Assembly: GCA_018653315.1 (NCBI GenBank)
Contig: JABIAL010000007.1
Span: 11,348-75,347 of the forward strand
From: a bacterium
GTDB taxonomy: Bacteria > Patescibacteriota > Patescibacteriia > UBA1558 > GWA2-36-10
Length of the DNA stretch: 64,000 bases
Direction of reading: 5' to 3'
Shown: in pieces, positions 26,119 to 36,193 of the stretch
Position numbering within the stretch: position 1 is the first letter of the stretch
Layout of the letters: every line of letters begins with the position of its first letter
Notes under the pieces: generated by a model
Told to the model about the DNA's origin: nothing
Seen by the model: only the letters and a program-made list of their open reading frames with translations
The model's database searches: none
Made by a program: the position numbers and the translations under genes

Positions 26119-27444
26119 ATGCAAAACAAAAAACAAAAAATGCATGTTGTTACTGTTGATATGGGTTACGGCCATCAACGAGCAGCTTATCCTTTAGCGT
26201 CAGTTAGCGCCGGAGGAGTTATTAATGCCAATCAATATAAAGGCATCTCTAAGAATGAGGAGCGTTCTTGGCAGAAGGGTCGTAAATGGTATGAAATAAT
26301 TTCTCGTTTTAAAAAAGTGCCTATTTTAGGTGCGGTTGCTTTTGCGATGATGGATAATTTTCAAAAGATAGAACCTTTTTATCCACGACGTGATTTGTCT
26401 AAAACTTCTTCTCAACAAAGATATTTTTATAAAAAAGTTAAAAAAGGTCTAGGTAAAGATCTTATTACTACTTTAAATAAAAAACCTATTCCATTGGTGA
26501 CTACTTTTTTTGTGCCAGCTTATTTTGCTGAATACTGTAATTATGAGGGACAAATTTATTGTGTGGTTTGTGATGCTGATGTAGCTAGAGCTTGGGCACC
26601 CCATGATGCTAGGCATAGTAAAGTCATTTATTTAGCGCCAAATAAGCGTGTTAAAGAGCGTTTACAGCTTTATGGTGTACGGCCAAACAAGATTTATGTT
26701 ACGGGCTTTCCTTTACCAAAAGAGAATATCGGTGGTTTGCAACAAAAGATTTTAAAAGCCGATCTTAAAGTTCGTTTGTGCAATTTAGACCCTAAAGGAA
26801 TTTATCGCCATAAGTACAAGAATTTAATTGGGGCATACCTGTGTCCAGTTAGTGAATTACGCGCTAAACCAAAAGGAGTAACGATTACCTTTGCCGTTGG
26901 TGGCGCTGGTGCTCAACGAGAAATCGGAGTCACTTTATTACGGGTGCTTAAAAAACATATTAAAGCTGGTCGAATAAATTTAAATTTAGTAGCTGGCGTG
27001 CGGAATGATATTTATCGTTTTTTTGAAGAGGCGGTCAAACGATATGGTTTAGCTAATGCTAATAATGTTAATATCATCTTTGCTAATAACAAATACGATT
27101 ATTTTAAGATTTTTAATCGAGCTTTAAGAACAACAGATATTTTATGGACCAAGCCATCTGAGTTAACTTTTTATAGCGGTCTTGGTTTGCCGATTATCAT
27201 GGCTCCACCGATTGGCTCACAGGAAAAGTATAATCGTGATTGGCTGCAAGCTTTGGGAGCTGGTATTGATTCTGAGAATCCAGAATATGTTGATGAGTGG
27301 CTTTTTGATTGGCTAGATTCTGGTTGGTTAGCAGAAGCGGCCATGCAGGGATATTTAGATGCTCCTAAAATGGGCACCTATCATATAGAAAATATTGTTT
27401 TACATAATAAAGTAGAGGAGATAAAAGATGTTCAATTGTTATAA
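26119..27444 (+). CDS. GT-B-fold-like protein (MGDG synthase/DUF6938-like)
   Basis: DMGYGHQRAA, VTGFPLP, WTKPSEL, PIGSQEKYN. Confidence 0.7.
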   Translation: MQNKKQKMHVVTVDMGYGHQRAAYPLASVSAGGVINANQYKGISKNEERSWQKGRKWYEIISRFKKVPILGAVAFAMMDNFQKIEPFYPRRDLSKTSSQQRYFYKKVKKGLGKDLITTLNKKPIPLVTTFFVPAYFAEYCNYEGQIYCVVCDADVARAWAPHDARHSKVIYLAPNKRVKERLQLYGVRPNKIYVTGFPLPKENIGGLQQKILKADLKVRLCNLDPKGIYRHKYKNLIGAYLCPVSELRAKPKGVTITFAVGGAGAQREIGVTLLRVLKKHIKAGRINLNLVAGVRNDIYRFFEEAVKRYGLANANNVNIIFANNKYDYFKIFNRALRTTDILWTKPSELTFYSGLGLPIIMAPPIGSQEKYNRDWLQALGAGIDSENPEYVDEWLFDWLDSGWLAEAAMQGYLDAPKMGTYHIENIVLHNKVEEIKDVQLL

Positions 27445-28781
27445 TGAAAATTACTACACTACATATTAATTTATACAAAAGCATCAAGCAACCGATTAGT
27501 TTTTCTGCTTTGCCGGTCAATATTTTGATTGGTCAAAATAATTGCGGTAAGAGTAATATCTTATATGCTATTGATTACTTATTTGATGTACAGGGAGTTA
27601 GTCCTATTTTAGAATATCCAGGAGCTGATATTGAAGTAGAATTAGTTTTCACAGAAGAAGAATTGGATAGATGGAATTTACCAAGTAAAACAGCTAGTTT
27701 AACTATTAAAGATGAAAAAAGAAAACTAGCCTTTTCTAATCAGATTGTAAATTATAATGGTAATTGGAAGGATTTATTATCAGTCAAAATTAAGCATTTA
27801 AATTATGATGCTTTTAATGATTTAGAAGCGGTCGATAAAGATTGGCAAAGTTTGCAACAGCACAAAGAACATTTTAATAAATTTAAACAACATTTAAAAA
27901 ACCATTTTCCTAAAATTAGTGCCAAAGAAAATGCTTTAGATATTCATTATGAGCATGCCGGTATAAAAGAGGGGACACGTAAAGCTACTATTGATCATTT
28001 AGGTTCTGGTTTTCGTCGTATTTTTACTACTTTATTGTATATTTTTCATCCAGATTATCACATAGTTATTTTAGATGAACCAGAAACACATTTGCATCCA
28101 GTGCTAGTTAAGAAACTTTTATGGGCCATGCAAAATGCAGAAGGTGGTGGACAAATATTTTTTACCACTCATTCTCCTTTATTTATTAATTCAGTCACTT
28201 TACCGCAGGTATTGCGAGTAGTTAAAGATAGTGCTACTACTAAAGCTTTTGGTTTGCCAGTTAAAAAACAGCATTATAGTTATAAGCGTTTGATCCAAGA
28301 ATTGAATGCCGACAATGTTGAGATGTTATTTTCTGATACAACTATTTTAGTAGAGGGTATTTCTGATCGTATATTATTACGTGGCTTGATCGATCATTTT
28401 TATCAAGGTAATAAAGATATTAAAGTTGTGCAAACACATGGTAAAGGTAATATTGCTTTGTATGTAGATTTGTTAAAAATTTTTCATATTAATTATATTA
28501 TTTTAGCTGATAGAGATATTATAAAATATCAATTAGATAGAGTGATAAGTCATTTAGGGATAAAACCAAAAGCACGTAAAGCTAATGATTTAATTATTGA
28601 GCTTAAAGAATACAATGTATTTATTTTACCAGGCGGTTCAATAGAAAAACACTATCCAAAGAAATATCAGCGTGATGATAAAAAAACACTTAATGCTTTG
28701 TATGCGGCAACTGCTATTACCAAGACAGAATTTAATTCAAAAATAATGAAACCCTTGAAAGAGATAATAGATAGATTATAA
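27444..28781 (+). CDS. OLD-family ATP-dependent nuclease (ABC ATPase + TOPRIM)
   Basis: GQNNCGKS, ILDEPETHLHP, TTHSP, VEGISD, DRD. Confidence 0.88.
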   Translation: MKITTLHINLYKSIKQPISFSALPVNILIGQNNCGKSNILYAIDYLFDVQGVSPILEYPGADIEVELVFTEEELDRWNLPSKTASLTIKDEKRKLAFSNQIVNYNGNWKDLLSVKIKHLNYDAFNDLEAVDKDWQSLQQHKEHFNKFKQHLKNHFPKISAKENALDIHYEHAGIKEGTRKATIDHLGSGFRRIFTTLLYIFHPDYHIVILDEPETHLHPVLVKKLLWAMQNAEGGGQIFFTTHSPLFINSVTLPQVLRVVKDSATTKAFGLPVKKQHYSYKRLIQELNADNVEMLFSDTTILVEGISDRILLRGLIDHFYQGNKDIKVVQTHGKGNIALYVDLLKIFHINYIILADRDIIKYQLDRVISHLGIKPKARKANDLIIELKEYNVFILPGGSIEKHYPKKYQRDDKKTLNALYAATAITKTEFNSKIMKPLKEIIDRL

Positions 28782-28810
28782 ATATAAAATTTAATAATTA
28801 AAATATTATT

Positions 28811-28861
28811 ATGGAAACATGTCCAAATTGCGGTAATGATCCATGTACTTGCGGTGCATAA
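28811..28861 (+). CDS. 16-aa Cys-rich micropeptide METCPNCGNDPCTCGA
   Basis: ATG after an AT-rich native-type leader; followed by terminator hairpin ~28869-28900. Confidence 0.55.
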   Translation: METCPNCGNDPCTCGA

Positions 28862-28909
28862 ATAAAAGAACGGCCTCTTTATCAGAATGAGGCTGTTTTT
28901 TATTTGAGT

Positions 28910-28937
28910 AAAAAAAGCCCGTTTTCTTGACGGGCTT
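28910..28937 (-). terminator. Terminator of the small minus-strand cassette
   Basis: Minus strand aagcccg-tcaagaaaa-cgggctttttt. Confidence 0.8.
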
Positions 28938-28947
28938 ATGAGGGGTA

Positions 28948-29076
28948 CTACCGTTGACAATCAGCGCTTTGCGTTATGCCGGTGGCATTGTCCATAATCA
29001 TTTCCGGGGTGTTGGCTGCGTTTTTCATTTCAGCATTGACCATCTTGGCCTGAGGAGGAATGAGTAAGTGCTTCAA
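28948..29076 (-). CDS. 42-aa orphan peptide MKHLLIPPQAKMVNAEMKNAANTPEMIMDNATGITQSADCQR
   Basis: TTG start after GGGAG; between promoter TTGACA-17-TACAAT (29193-29165) and terminator. Confidence 0.4.
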   Translation of the reverse strand: MKHLLIPPQAKMVNAEMKNAANTPEMIMDNATGITQSADCQR

Positions 29077-29242
29077 AAGAAGCTCCCTTCTTTAATAAAA
29101 AGCTTGCCATGATCATAGAGGTTTTTCCTCTAGTATAAAAAATTGAGAGTACATTAATGCATTAATTGTATTAAAAATTTATTTTTTTGTCAAAGTTAGG
29201 CAAAAAATGATATAATATAAACAATCATTAAATCAAAATTTT

Positions 29243-30172
29243 ATGGATTGGTTAATTATTGCTATTGCTGCTTATTTAATTTTAGCAGTTGTCAATTTAG
29301 CAGATAAATTTTTATTAGAAAAGGTAGTTCCCAGTGCTAAGGCCTATACATTTTTAGTTGGCGTTTTAGGTTTAGCTGTGATTGTGATTGCGCCTTGGTT
29401 TTTAAGCTGGCCCGGGTGGTATTTATTATTTGGCAATTTAGCAATTGGTGCTTTATTTCCAGTAGCATTGTTATTGTTATATCATGCCTTAAAGATTGGT
29501 GATGTTTCCAAAATTATTCCATTAATTGGCGGAGCAGTTCCAATTTTTACACTTATTTTGGCCATGTTATTTTTGGGAGAAAGATTTTTATCAATGCAAT
29601 GGGTAGCAATTTTTTATTTATTGTTAGGAACAGTAATGTTAGCCTATTTGCCAACCGGCCATAATTTATGGAGTACAGTAAAATCATGGTTTGGTCTGAC
29701 TGGTCCAAAAAATAAACAAGCAGTAATGATAGCCATTGGAGCGGGTTTTGTATTTGCCGCTTTTTTTGTTGGTACTAAATTTTTGTATCTTCATCAGCCA
29801 TTTTTGAGTAGCTTTATTTGGATTAGAATTGGTACATTTTTGATAAGTTTAACTTTATTAATACCAAAAGATTTACGTAAAGAAATTTTTAAAGGACTTA
29901 AGAACATCAAAGGTAAAAATAGTGCATTGTTTTTTTCTAATCAAGGCATTGCCGCAATTGGATTTTTATTACAAAACTATGCTATTTTCTTAGGTTCGGT
30001 AGCCATAGTTAATGCTTTGCAGGGCGTGCAATTTGCCTTCCTATTAGTCTTAGGTGGATTGATTTCTGTCTTTTTCCCAAAATTACTCAAAGAAAATGTT
30101 TCTAAAATGGTTATTATTCAAAAGATTTTAGCGATTGTTTTGATTAGCTTGGGTTTGTATTTTATTATTTAG
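29243..30172 (+). CDS. EamA/DMT family transporter
   Basis: About 10 TM, LFLGERF, AIFLGSVAIVNALQG. Confidence 0.85.
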   Translation: MDWLIIAIAAYLILAVVNLADKFLLEKVVPSAKAYTFLVGVLGLAVIVIAPWFLSWPGWYLLFGNLAIGALFPVALLLLYHALKIGDVSKIIPLIGGAVPIFTLILAMLFLGERFLSMQWVAIFYLLLGTVMLAYLPTGHNLWSTVKSWFGLTGPKNKQAVMIAIGAGFVFAAFFVGTKFLYLHQPFLSSFIWIRIGTFLISLTLLIPKDLRKEIFKGLKNIKGKNSALFFSNQGIAAIGFLLQNYAIFLGSVAIVNALQGVQFAFLLVLGGLISVFFPKLLKENVSKMVIIQKILAIVLISLGLYFII

Positions 30173-30176
30173 TAAA

Positions 30177-31169
30177 ATGAAATTGTTGAAAATTATAATT
30201 ATAATTTTAATTGTTGTTTGGGCGATTTGGTTTGTTAAATTTTCTAAACATTATGTTCATAATGGCGAACTAAATGAAAATCCAGATTTGTGGGGAGTTA
30301 CTTTTTCTACTAAATTTGCTAGTGAATTAGATTTGGATATTGGTGAAACTTATAGGGCTATTTTAGATGATTTACAAGTAAGACAGATTAGATTACCTAT
30401 TTATTGGGATCAGATAGAAAAATATGAAAATGAATTTGATTTCTCATTGTTTGATCAATTGTTAGTAGAAGGTAAAAAAAGAGATGTAAAATTTATTGTT
30501 AATTTAGGTTGGCGTTTACCTCGTTGGCCAGAATGTCATGCTCCGCTTTGGGCTAAAGATATGTCAATTGAGGATGTTCAGGCCAAAACATTACGGATGT
30601 TGCGAGTTGCCGTGGGTCATTACAAAGGACATTCAGAAATAGTGGCCTGGCAAATAGAAAATGAGCCTTTAGTTGATTGGTTTGGTAAATGTCCAGCTGG
30701 TGATGAAGAATTTTTAAAGCAAGAAGTAGCTTTGGTAAAAAGTTTAGATGGTCGGCCGGTGATTGTCTCGGCTTCAGGTGAGCTTAGTTTTTGGCAAAGA
30801 GAAGCTGAAGTAGGCGATGTTTTAGCTACTACTGTTTATCGGGTGGTGTGGAATCCATGGTTCAAATATTTTCGTTATCCGTTGCCAGCTTGGTTTTATT
30901 CTTGGAAAGCAGGTCGTGTAGGAAAAACAGGAGAAAAAATGATAGTTAGTGAACTGCAGGCTGAGCCTTGGGTGATAGATGGTGGTATGAATAAAATAGA
31001 TCAAGCAGAAGTTGATAAGTCTATGAGTTTAGAACAATTTGAATCAAATTTAAAGTTTGCTCAAAAAATAAATTTTGATAAAAATTATCTATGGGGAGTA
31101 GAGTGGTGGTATTTGCAAAAAATCAACGGAAATGATGATTATTGGAATTTAGCTAAAAAACTTTTTTAG
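30177..31169 (+). CDS. Clan GH-A glycoside hydrolase-like protein, membrane anchored
   Basis: RLPIYWDQIE, WQIENEP (acid/base), VSELQAEPW (nucleophile-like). Confidence 0.8.
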   Translation: MKLLKIIIIILIVVWAIWFVKFSKHYVHNGELNENPDLWGVTFSTKFASELDLDIGETYRAILDDLQVRQIRLPIYWDQIEKYENEFDFSLFDQLLVEGKKRDVKFIVNLGWRLPRWPECHAPLWAKDMSIEDVQAKTLRMLRVAVGHYKGHSEIVAWQIENEPLVDWFGKCPAGDEEFLKQEVALVKSLDGRPVIVSASGELSFWQREAEVGDVLATTVYRVVWNPWFKYFRYPLPAWFYSWKAGRVGKTGEKMIVSELQAEPWVIDGGMNKIDQAEVDKSMSLEQFESNLKFAQKINFDKNYLWGVEWWYLQKINGNDDYWNLAKKLF

Positions 31170-31313
31170 TCAATCTTAGGCTTTTTAATATTTTAAAATC
31201 TACGTTTTTCAAGACGTGGATTTTTCTTGTTTTTCAAGGCCATTTCTGTTATAATTTAATCACAAATTCGCCAAAGGCGGAGTAAACAAATAAAAAATTA
31301 ATCGAATATTACA

Positions 31314-33335
31314 GTGCTTAAAAGAATTTTATTTACAGTTTTTATTGGTTTTGGTTTATGCGCATTTTATGTTCATGAAACTCAAGCTTTTAGTCAGGAT
31401 TATACACCAGTAGATCCTGGCGTGGTTTATCAAAATTATTTTGATTTGATCAATATTGAACCTAGCTGGTCCGATGATTTACAGGTTAATAAAGAGGTGA
31501 TTGTTGCAATTTTGGATTCTGGCATTGATTTAGATCATCCTGATTTAATAAGCAGTTTATGGTCAAATCATGGAGAGATCGCTGGTAACGGTCTTGATGA
31601 TGATCTTAATAGTTATATTGATGATGTTGTTGGTTGGGATTTTATTGATAGTGATAATATTCCAAAGCCAGAACTTATTGGTGATTATGACTTTGTAGCA
31701 GTTAATCATGGCACAGTGATTGCCGGTATAATTGCGGCTGCTCGTAATAACATTGGTATTGTTGGCATTGCTCCACAAGTTAAAATTATGCCTTTACGTA
31801 TTTTAGATCCGCGAGGTCAAGGAAATACCTTAGTATTATCACAGGCGATTGATTATGCTGTAGAGAATGGCGCAGATATTATAAATTTAAGTTTAGTTGG
31901 CGTGGGTTATGATGAGACTTTGAAGGGTTCTATTAAAAATGCTTATAATCAAGGTGTGATGATCGTAGCTGCATCTGGCAATGAAGAAGACGCAGGAATA
32001 GATTTAGATGAACATCCACGTTATCCAGTTTGTGAAATCAATGGCGTTAACAGAGTATTGGGTGTAGCTGCCGTTGATCAAACAAGTGTTTTGACAGATT
32101 TTTCTAATTTTGGACAGACCTGCATTGATGTTTCTGCTCCGGGTAGAAATTTTTATTCTACAGTTTATCAGGATAGTAGTAATAACCAGTTTAGTGAGTA
32201 TTACGCCAATGGTTGGTCAGGTACTTCTGTAGCGGCACCGGTAATATCTGCTACAGCAGCTTTGATAAAGATGCAGTATCCACAATTTAGACCTTATGAT
32301 ATTTATAATATTATTAGATCTAGTGCCTCAAGTTTGCAAATAAAAAATCCAAGTAATTATTTAGACTTAGGAAGTGGCTTGATTGATGTTGGTGCGGCTT
32401 TGAATTTAGCAGCTAGCAGACACTCTCAATCTCGACATCTTGTTTTAGCACCAGATAGAGGATTAGCACCAGAAATTTTTATCTTAGACGAAGATGGTAA
32501 TCAATTAGATAGTTGGTTAGCTTATGCAGAAAAGTTTACCGGCGGAGTGAATATTGCTGTCGGTGATGTTAATGGTGATGATGTAAAAGAAATAATCACT
32601 CCTCCTAAAGCGGGCGGTGGACCACATGTCCGTATTTTTAATGAAAGTGGTAATATATTATCTGAGTTTATGGCTTATGACACTAGATTTGAAGGCGGAG
32701 TGAATATTGCTGTCGGTGATGTAACAGGTGATGGACAATTAAATATTATTACAGCACCTTTATCAAATGGTGGGCCACATATCCGTATTTTTGATTGGCA
32801 AGGTAATTTGCGTCAACAATTTTTTGCTTATGATGATGACTATTTTGGCGGAGTGAATATTGCTGTCGGTGACGTTAATAATAGCGGCTATGATGAAGTT
32901 GTTACAATAAATAACACGGGCATAGCTAAAGTAAAAGTATTTGATAAATATCGTCGTCTTAGAGCTAGCTTTTTGCCTTATAGTAGTAATATGCTTAGCG
33001 GAGTTAATTTAACAATTGGAGATGTAAATAATGACGGTTGGCAGGAAATTATCACTGTGCCAGCCAAGGATCAAGTAGCTGATATTAAGATGTTTAGTCA
33101 AAAAGGACGATTAAAAGGTCAATTTACCGGTTTTAATAGCAGTTTGCGATCAGGTTTAGAAATTATTGCTCGTGATTTATCTGGAGATGGCCTACCTGAG
33201 ATTTTGGCCTTACCTCATAAAAATTCGGCTGCTTTATTAAAAATTTATGATCATTTAGGTTTAGAAAAGGATAGTTTTTATTTACGTGATGTTGGTGATA
33301 AAAATGGTTATCAGTTAGAAGTGTTAGCATATTAG
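31314..33335 (+). CDS. Secreted S8 subtilisin-like serine protease with C-terminal FG-GAP/VCBS repeats
   Basis: ILDSG, HGTVIAG, GTSVAAP; repeats GGVNIAVGDV. Confidence 0.92.
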   Translation: MLKRILFTVFIGFGLCAFYVHETQAFSQDYTPVDPGVVYQNYFDLINIEPSWSDDLQVNKEVIVAILDSGIDLDHPDLISSLWSNHGEIAGNGLDDDLNSYIDDVVGWDFIDSDNIPKPELIGDYDFVAVNHGTVIAGIIAAARNNIGIVGIAPQVKIMPLRILDPRGQGNTLVLSQAIDYAVENGADIINLSLVGVGYDETLKGSIKNAYNQGVMIVAASGNEEDAGIDLDEHPRYPVCEINGVNRVLGVAAVDQTSVLTDFSNFGQTCIDVSAPGRNFYSTVYQDSSNNQFSEYYANGWSGTSVAAPVISATAALIKMQYPQFRPYDIYNIIRSSASSLQIKNPSNYLDLGSGLIDVGAALNLAASRHSQSRHLVLAPDRGLAPEIFILDEDGNQLDSWLAYAEKFTGGVNIAVGDVNGDDVKEIITPPKAGGGPHVRIFNESGNILSEFMAYDTRFEGGVNIAVGDVTGDGQLNIITAPLSNGGPHIRIFDWQGNLRQQFFAYDDDYFGGVNIAVGDVNNSGYDEVVTINNTGIAKVKVFDKYRRLRASFLPYSSNMLSGVNLTIGDVNNDGWQEIITVPAKDQVADIKMFSQKGRLKGQFTGFNSSLRSGLEIIARDLSGDGLPEILALPHKNSAALLKIYDHLGLEKDSFYLRDVGDKNGYQLEVLAY

Positions 33336-33338
33336 TCT

Positions 33339-33767
33339 ATGGAATGGTATCAGGATATTGTTATTATAAAATTTTTGAATAGTCGTCCAGTTTTAAAACA
33401 ATTTATTAAATTTAGTTTAATTGGTGCTTTAAATACGATTGTTGACTTTGTGGCTTATCTATTTTTTACTCGTGTTTTATCTTGGCATTATTTATTAGCT
33501 GCTTTTCTGGCTTTTTCATTGGCTGCTACTTCTAGTTTTTTACTCAATCGTTATTGGACTTTTAAGTTGGAAAATAAATTTTCAGCCACAGAGTATGCTA
33601 AGTTTATTTTAGTGGCAGTAGGTGGATTATTATTAACCATGCTTTTTTTATATATCTTGGTCGATGTGTTTTTCTGGTATGATTTATGGGCCAAATTAAT
33701 AATCGTAGTTATTGTTGTAAATTATAATTTTTGGATGCAAAAACTTTGGACTTTTAAGATAAAATAA
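33339..33767 (+). CDS. GtrA family protein
   Basis: QFIKFSLIGALNTIVD, LNRYWTF. Confidence 0.92.
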   Translation: MEWYQDIVIIKFLNSRPVLKQFIKFSLIGALNTIVDFVAYLFFTRVLSWHYLLAAFLAFSLAATSSFLLNRYWTFKLENKFSATEYAKFILVAVGGLLLTMLFLYILVDVFFWYDLWAKLIIVVIVVNYNFWMQKLWTFKIK

Positions 33768-33768
33768 A

Positions 33769-34470
33769 ATGCAGTTAAGTGTAGTAATACCAGTTTTTAA
33801 TGAAGCCAAACTTATCGCAAGTACACTTGCTAAGACAAGTAATTGGCTAGAAAAGAAATTCACTAGTTTTGAGATTATTGTTGTTGATGATGCCTCGACT
33901 GATGGTACCTTAGAAATCGTTAAAAAGATTCCAGACATCAAAGTTTTAGTTAATTTGACCAATCATGGTAAAGGTTATACAGTGGCCAAAGGTATGCGAG
34001 CAGCTCAAGGTGATCTAGTGTTATTCATGGATGCTGATAATGCTACCACTATCGTAGAATTAGATAAATTATTACCATATACAAAGAAATATCCCATAAT
34101 CATTGCTTCTAGAGCTTTGGCTCAATCCAAAGTACATCAGTATCAACATTGGTTAAAAGTTAGTCTGGGGAATTTAGGTAATACTTTAATTAGATTGGTA
34201 CTTAATTTATCAATTAGGGATACTCAATGTGGTTTTAAGTTATTTAATCGTAGTGCCATAAAAGTATTTGATAAATTAACCATTAATCGTTGGGGTTTTG
34301 ATTTTGAATTGTTGTTTATAGCAAAATTGTATAATATTGCCGTCAAAGAAGTGGCGGTAGATTGGGCTGATTCTGAACAGGTATCTAAGGTAACACCTGC
34401 GTCTTACATAAAGACTTTACTTCACGTTTTTAAAGTGCGTATTAATCATTTATTAAATAAATATAAATAA
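33769..34470 (+). CDS. GT2 dolichyl-phosphate beta-glucosyltransferase-like
   Basis: VIPVFNE, DDASTDGT, MDAD, DTQCGFK, WGFDFE. Confidence 0.92.
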   Translation: MQLSVVIPVFNEAKLIASTLAKTSNWLEKKFTSFEIIVVDDASTDGTLEIVKKIPDIKVLVNLTNHGKGYTVAKGMRAAQGDLVLFMDADNATTIVELDKLLPYTKKYPIIIASRALAQSKVHQYQHWLKVSLGNLGNTLIRLVLNLSIRDTQCGFKLFNRSAIKVFDKLTINRWGFDFELLFIAKLYNIAVKEVAVDWADSEQVSKVTPASYIKTLLHVFKVRINHLLNKYK

Positions 34471-34492
34471 GCTAGGAATAAATAATAAAATT

Positions 34493-35527
34493 ATGTCAAA
34501 TAATAGTAACAAAAATATTTTAGTCTTAGGAGGAGCGGGCTTTATTGGCTCTCATTTATGTGAAGCTTTAGTGCAAAAAGGTAATAATGTGGTTTGTGTG
34601 GATAATTTCATATCTTCTAATGTTGAAAATATTAGAAGACTTTTGCAGTATCCAAGTTTTGCATTTATTCGACATGATGTTACAGAAAAAATTGACTTAA
34701 CTAGTTTACCAGGATTAAAGAAATTTAAAATTGAAGTTTACGGCTTTGCGGAGATTTATAATTTTGCTTGTCCTACTTCTGCTCGTGATTATACTAAGTT
34801 ACCAATAAAAACCGCTGTCTCAAATTCAATTGGTGTAATAAATGGTTTAGAATTAGCTAGAGAATTTAAAGCTAAATATTTATTGGCTTCAACATCGGCA
34901 GTTTATGGTCAACCTCCAAAAGATGACGCGAAAGTTAAAGAAGATTATTATGGTTTGTTGGATTTTTTAGGTCCACGAGCTTGTTATAATGAAGGTAAGA
35001 GATTTGCTGAAACATTAGTAACTACTTATCGTGATTTTTATAAATTAGATACCAAGATTGCTCGTATTTTTTCTACTTATGGTCCACGAATGTTAGAACA
35101 TGCTGGCCGTAGAATTCCAGATTATATTCAAGAAGCACTAAGCGGAAAAGAAGTAATGATTGCTGGTGATAAGCAATGGACTTCTACTTTTTGTTATGTT
35201 AAAGATGTAGTAGAAGGCGTGATAGCCTTGATGGATTCAAATGTAAAAGATCCTATAAATTTAGGGCACGATCAGGCTCATACGCTGACTGAGATTGCTC
35301 AAAAAATTATTGAGTTAACAAATTCTCAAGCTAAAATTGCTTACCAAGAAAATTTTGCTTATATTAATAAACCAGCTATACCAGATATTACTAAGGCTAA
35401 AACAGAATTAGGCTGGATGCCATTGATATCTTTAGAAGATGGTTTAAAACAGACTATAGATTATTTACGTTCTCAATCTAGATTGTATCAACCATTTTTT
35501 TCTGATGATGATAAAAAAGATGATTAA
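34493..35527 (+). CDS. NAD-dependent epimerase/dehydratase (UDP-glucuronate decarboxylase-like)
   Basis: GGAGFIGSHL, RACYNEGKRFAE, RIFSTYGPRM. Confidence 0.9.
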   Translation: MSNNSNKNILVLGGAGFIGSHLCEALVQKGNNVVCVDNFISSNVENIRRLLQYPSFAFIRHDVTEKIDLTSLPGLKKFKIEVYGFAEIYNFACPTSARDYTKLPIKTAVSNSIGVINGLELAREFKAKYLLASTSAVYGQPPKDDAKVKEDYYGLLDFLGPRACYNEGKRFAETLVTTYRDFYKLDTKIARIFSTYGPRMLEHAGRRIPDYIQEALSGKEVMIAGDKQWTSTFCYVKDVVEGVIALMDSNVKDPINLGHDQAHTLTEIAQKIIELTNSQAKIAYQENFAYINKPAIPDITKAKTELGWMPLISLEDGLKQTIDYLRSQSRLYQPFFSDDDKKDD

Positions 35528-35530
35528 ATT

Positions 35531-36193
35531 ATGAAAGTTTTCGTTATCATACCAGCTTTTAATGAAGAAGCACGAATCGGACAAGTTTTAACTGAATTGT
35601 CCGATTTGCCTTATAATGTAGTTATAGTAGATGATGCTTCTACTGATCAGACTAGTCGAGCGGCTAGTCAATTTAAGGTGACTGTTTTACGACATAGGAT
35701 AAACAGAGATCAAGGAGCTTCTTTGCAAACAGGCAATCAGTATGCCTTGAGTCAAGGTGCAGAAGTAATTGTACATTTTGACGCTGATGGGCAATTTTTA
35801 GTTTCTGAAATAAAAGATATTATCGGTCCAATTATAAATAATGATTACGATGTGGTATTTGGTTCTCGTTTTTTAGCTAAAAAGTCAGAGATGCCTTGGC
35901 TTAAAAAACATTTTGTTTTTCCTATTGCTAGATTGGTTAATTGGTTATTTTTTAGAATAAAATTTACTGATCCACAAAGTGGTTTTAGGGCTATGTCTAG
36001 ACGAGCTGCTCAAAAAATAATTATTGAGCAAGATGGCAAGGCTCATTGTAGTGAAATTTTATCTAAGGTTTTTAGTTTAAAATTAAAAGCCAAAGAAGTG
36101 CCAATGACTGTTATTTATCATCATTTTGGTCAAAATATTGGTGGCGGTTGGAAAATCGTTAAAGATTTATTATTTAGTAAATTAATAAAATAA
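35531..36193 (+). CDS. GT2 glycosyltransferase (DPM-synthase-like)
   Basis: IPAFNEE, FDADGQ, TDPQSGFR. Confidence 0.9.
   Translation: MKVFVIIPAFNEEARIGQVLTELSDLPYNVVIVDDASTDQTSRAASQFKVTVLRHRINRDQGASLQTGNQYALSQGAEVIVHFDADGQFLVSEIKDIIGPIINNDYDVVFGSRFLAKKSEMPWLKKHFVFPIARLVNWLFFRIKFTDPQSGFRAMSRRAAQKIIIEQDGKAHCSEILSKVFSLKLKAKEVPMTVIYHHFGQNIGGGWKIVKDLLFSKLIK

Noticed and set aside
28667-28960. 97-aa minus-strand ORF
   Set aside because: Crosses two terminators and overlaps the OLD gene antisense; unlikely to be coding.
32541-32872. Three identical 26-nt repeats ggcggagtgaatattgctgtcggtga (32541, 32694, 32847)
   Set aside because: They encode the GGVNIAVGD FG-GAP/VCBS repeats of the S8 protease at a 153-nt (51-aa) period; intragenic protein repeats, not CRISPR.
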